Positions 17,137 through 17,593 of a DNA stretch of 17,593 nucleotides are shown one piece after another. The notes below the pieces were generated by a model. It was given only the letters and a program-made list of their open reading frames with translations, had not been told where the DNA came from and did no database searches. Location of the stretch: the IMG/VR virus record IMGVR_UViG_2526164601_000022. One strand, 5' to 3'. Within the stretch, counting starts at the first letter, position 1. The number at the start of each line of letters is the position of its first letter. The translations under genes were made by a program, and so were the position numbers. The stretch comes from a virus. Taxonomy: Duplodnaviria > Heunggongvirae > Uroviricota > Caudoviricetes.

Positions 17137-17593
17137 ATGCGTAAACTTTATGCCGCCATTTTGTCCGCAGCCATTTGTCTGGCCGTATCCGGTGCGCCTG
17201 CATGGGCGTCTGAACATCAGTCCACGCTGAGCGCGGGGTATCTTCATGTCTCGACGAACGTTCCTGGCAGCGATGAACTGAACGGGATTAACGTGAAATA
17301 CCGTTATGAGTTTACGGACACTCTGGGAATGGTGACGTCATTCAGCTATGCAGGAGACAAGAATCGCCAGCTGACCCGTTACAGCGATACCCGCTGGCAT
17401 GAAGATTCCGTGCGTAACCGCTGGTTCAGCGTGATGGCGGGGCCGTCTGTGCGCGTGAATGAATGGTTCAGCGCGTATGCGATGGCGGGTGTGGCTTACA
17501 GCCGTGTGTCGACTTTCTCCGGGGATTATCTTCGCGTAACTGACAACAAGGGGAAAACGCACGATGTGCTGACCGGAAGTGATGACGGTCGCC
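17137..17593 (+). CDS. lom: Ail/Lom-family outer membrane protein (partial; continues past window end)
   Basis: ORF open from ATG 17137 (SD GAGAGG 5 nt upstream) to window end, 152 codons; signal peptide MRKLYAAILSAAICLAVSGAPAWA; GINVKYRYEFTD, SVMAGPSVRVN, SAYAMAGVAYSR match recalled lambda Lom blocks. Absent from the ORF track because it has no in-window stop. Confidence 0.8.
   Translation, partial: MRKLYAAILSAAICLAVSGAPAWASEHQSTLSAGYLHVSTNVPGSDELNGINVKYRYEFTDTLGMVTSFSYAGDKNRQLTRYSDTRWHEDSVRNRWFSVMAGPSVRVNEWFSAYAMAGVAYSRVSTFSGDYLRVTDNKGKTHDVLTGSDDGR

Noticed and set aside
1-17593. CRISPR arrays, tRNA/tmRNA genes, integrase or att sites, diversity-generating retroelement near J, toxin-antitoxin or defense modules
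   Set aside because: No regular repeat-spacer arrays, cloverleaf-like segments, recombinase-like ORFs, reverse-transcriptase ORFs or template/variable repeat pairs were seen; the window is filled almost end to end by colinear lambda-like structural genes plus sodC and lom.

Overview
This window is the late (morphogenetic) region of a lambda-like prophage, all on the + strand in lambda order: end of terminase A, W, B (portal), C with nested Nu3 scaffold, D, E (major capsid), FI, a truncated FII, a truncated Z, U, V (major tail), G and G-T (programmed -1 frameshift), H (tape measure), M, L, K, I, J (central tail fiber), then the start of lom. Calls rest on reading-frame structure, start/RBS context, synteny and lambda protein sequences recalled from memory; no database search was run. 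Two cargo genes are present: a periplasmic Cu,Zn superoxide dismutase (sodC) on the - strand between I and J, flanked by hairpin terminators, and an Ail/Lom-family outer-membrane protein after J. Several essential structural genes look damaged: a deletion fuses the 5' part of FII to the 3' part of Z, L carries a 1-bp frameshift, and J carries four indels, three of them in homopolymer runs. The most interesting reading is a decaying prophage that keeps intact host-benefit cargo, but assembly indel errors cannot be excluded from sequence alone. No tRNA, CRISPR array, integrase, att site or defense-system signature was seen.
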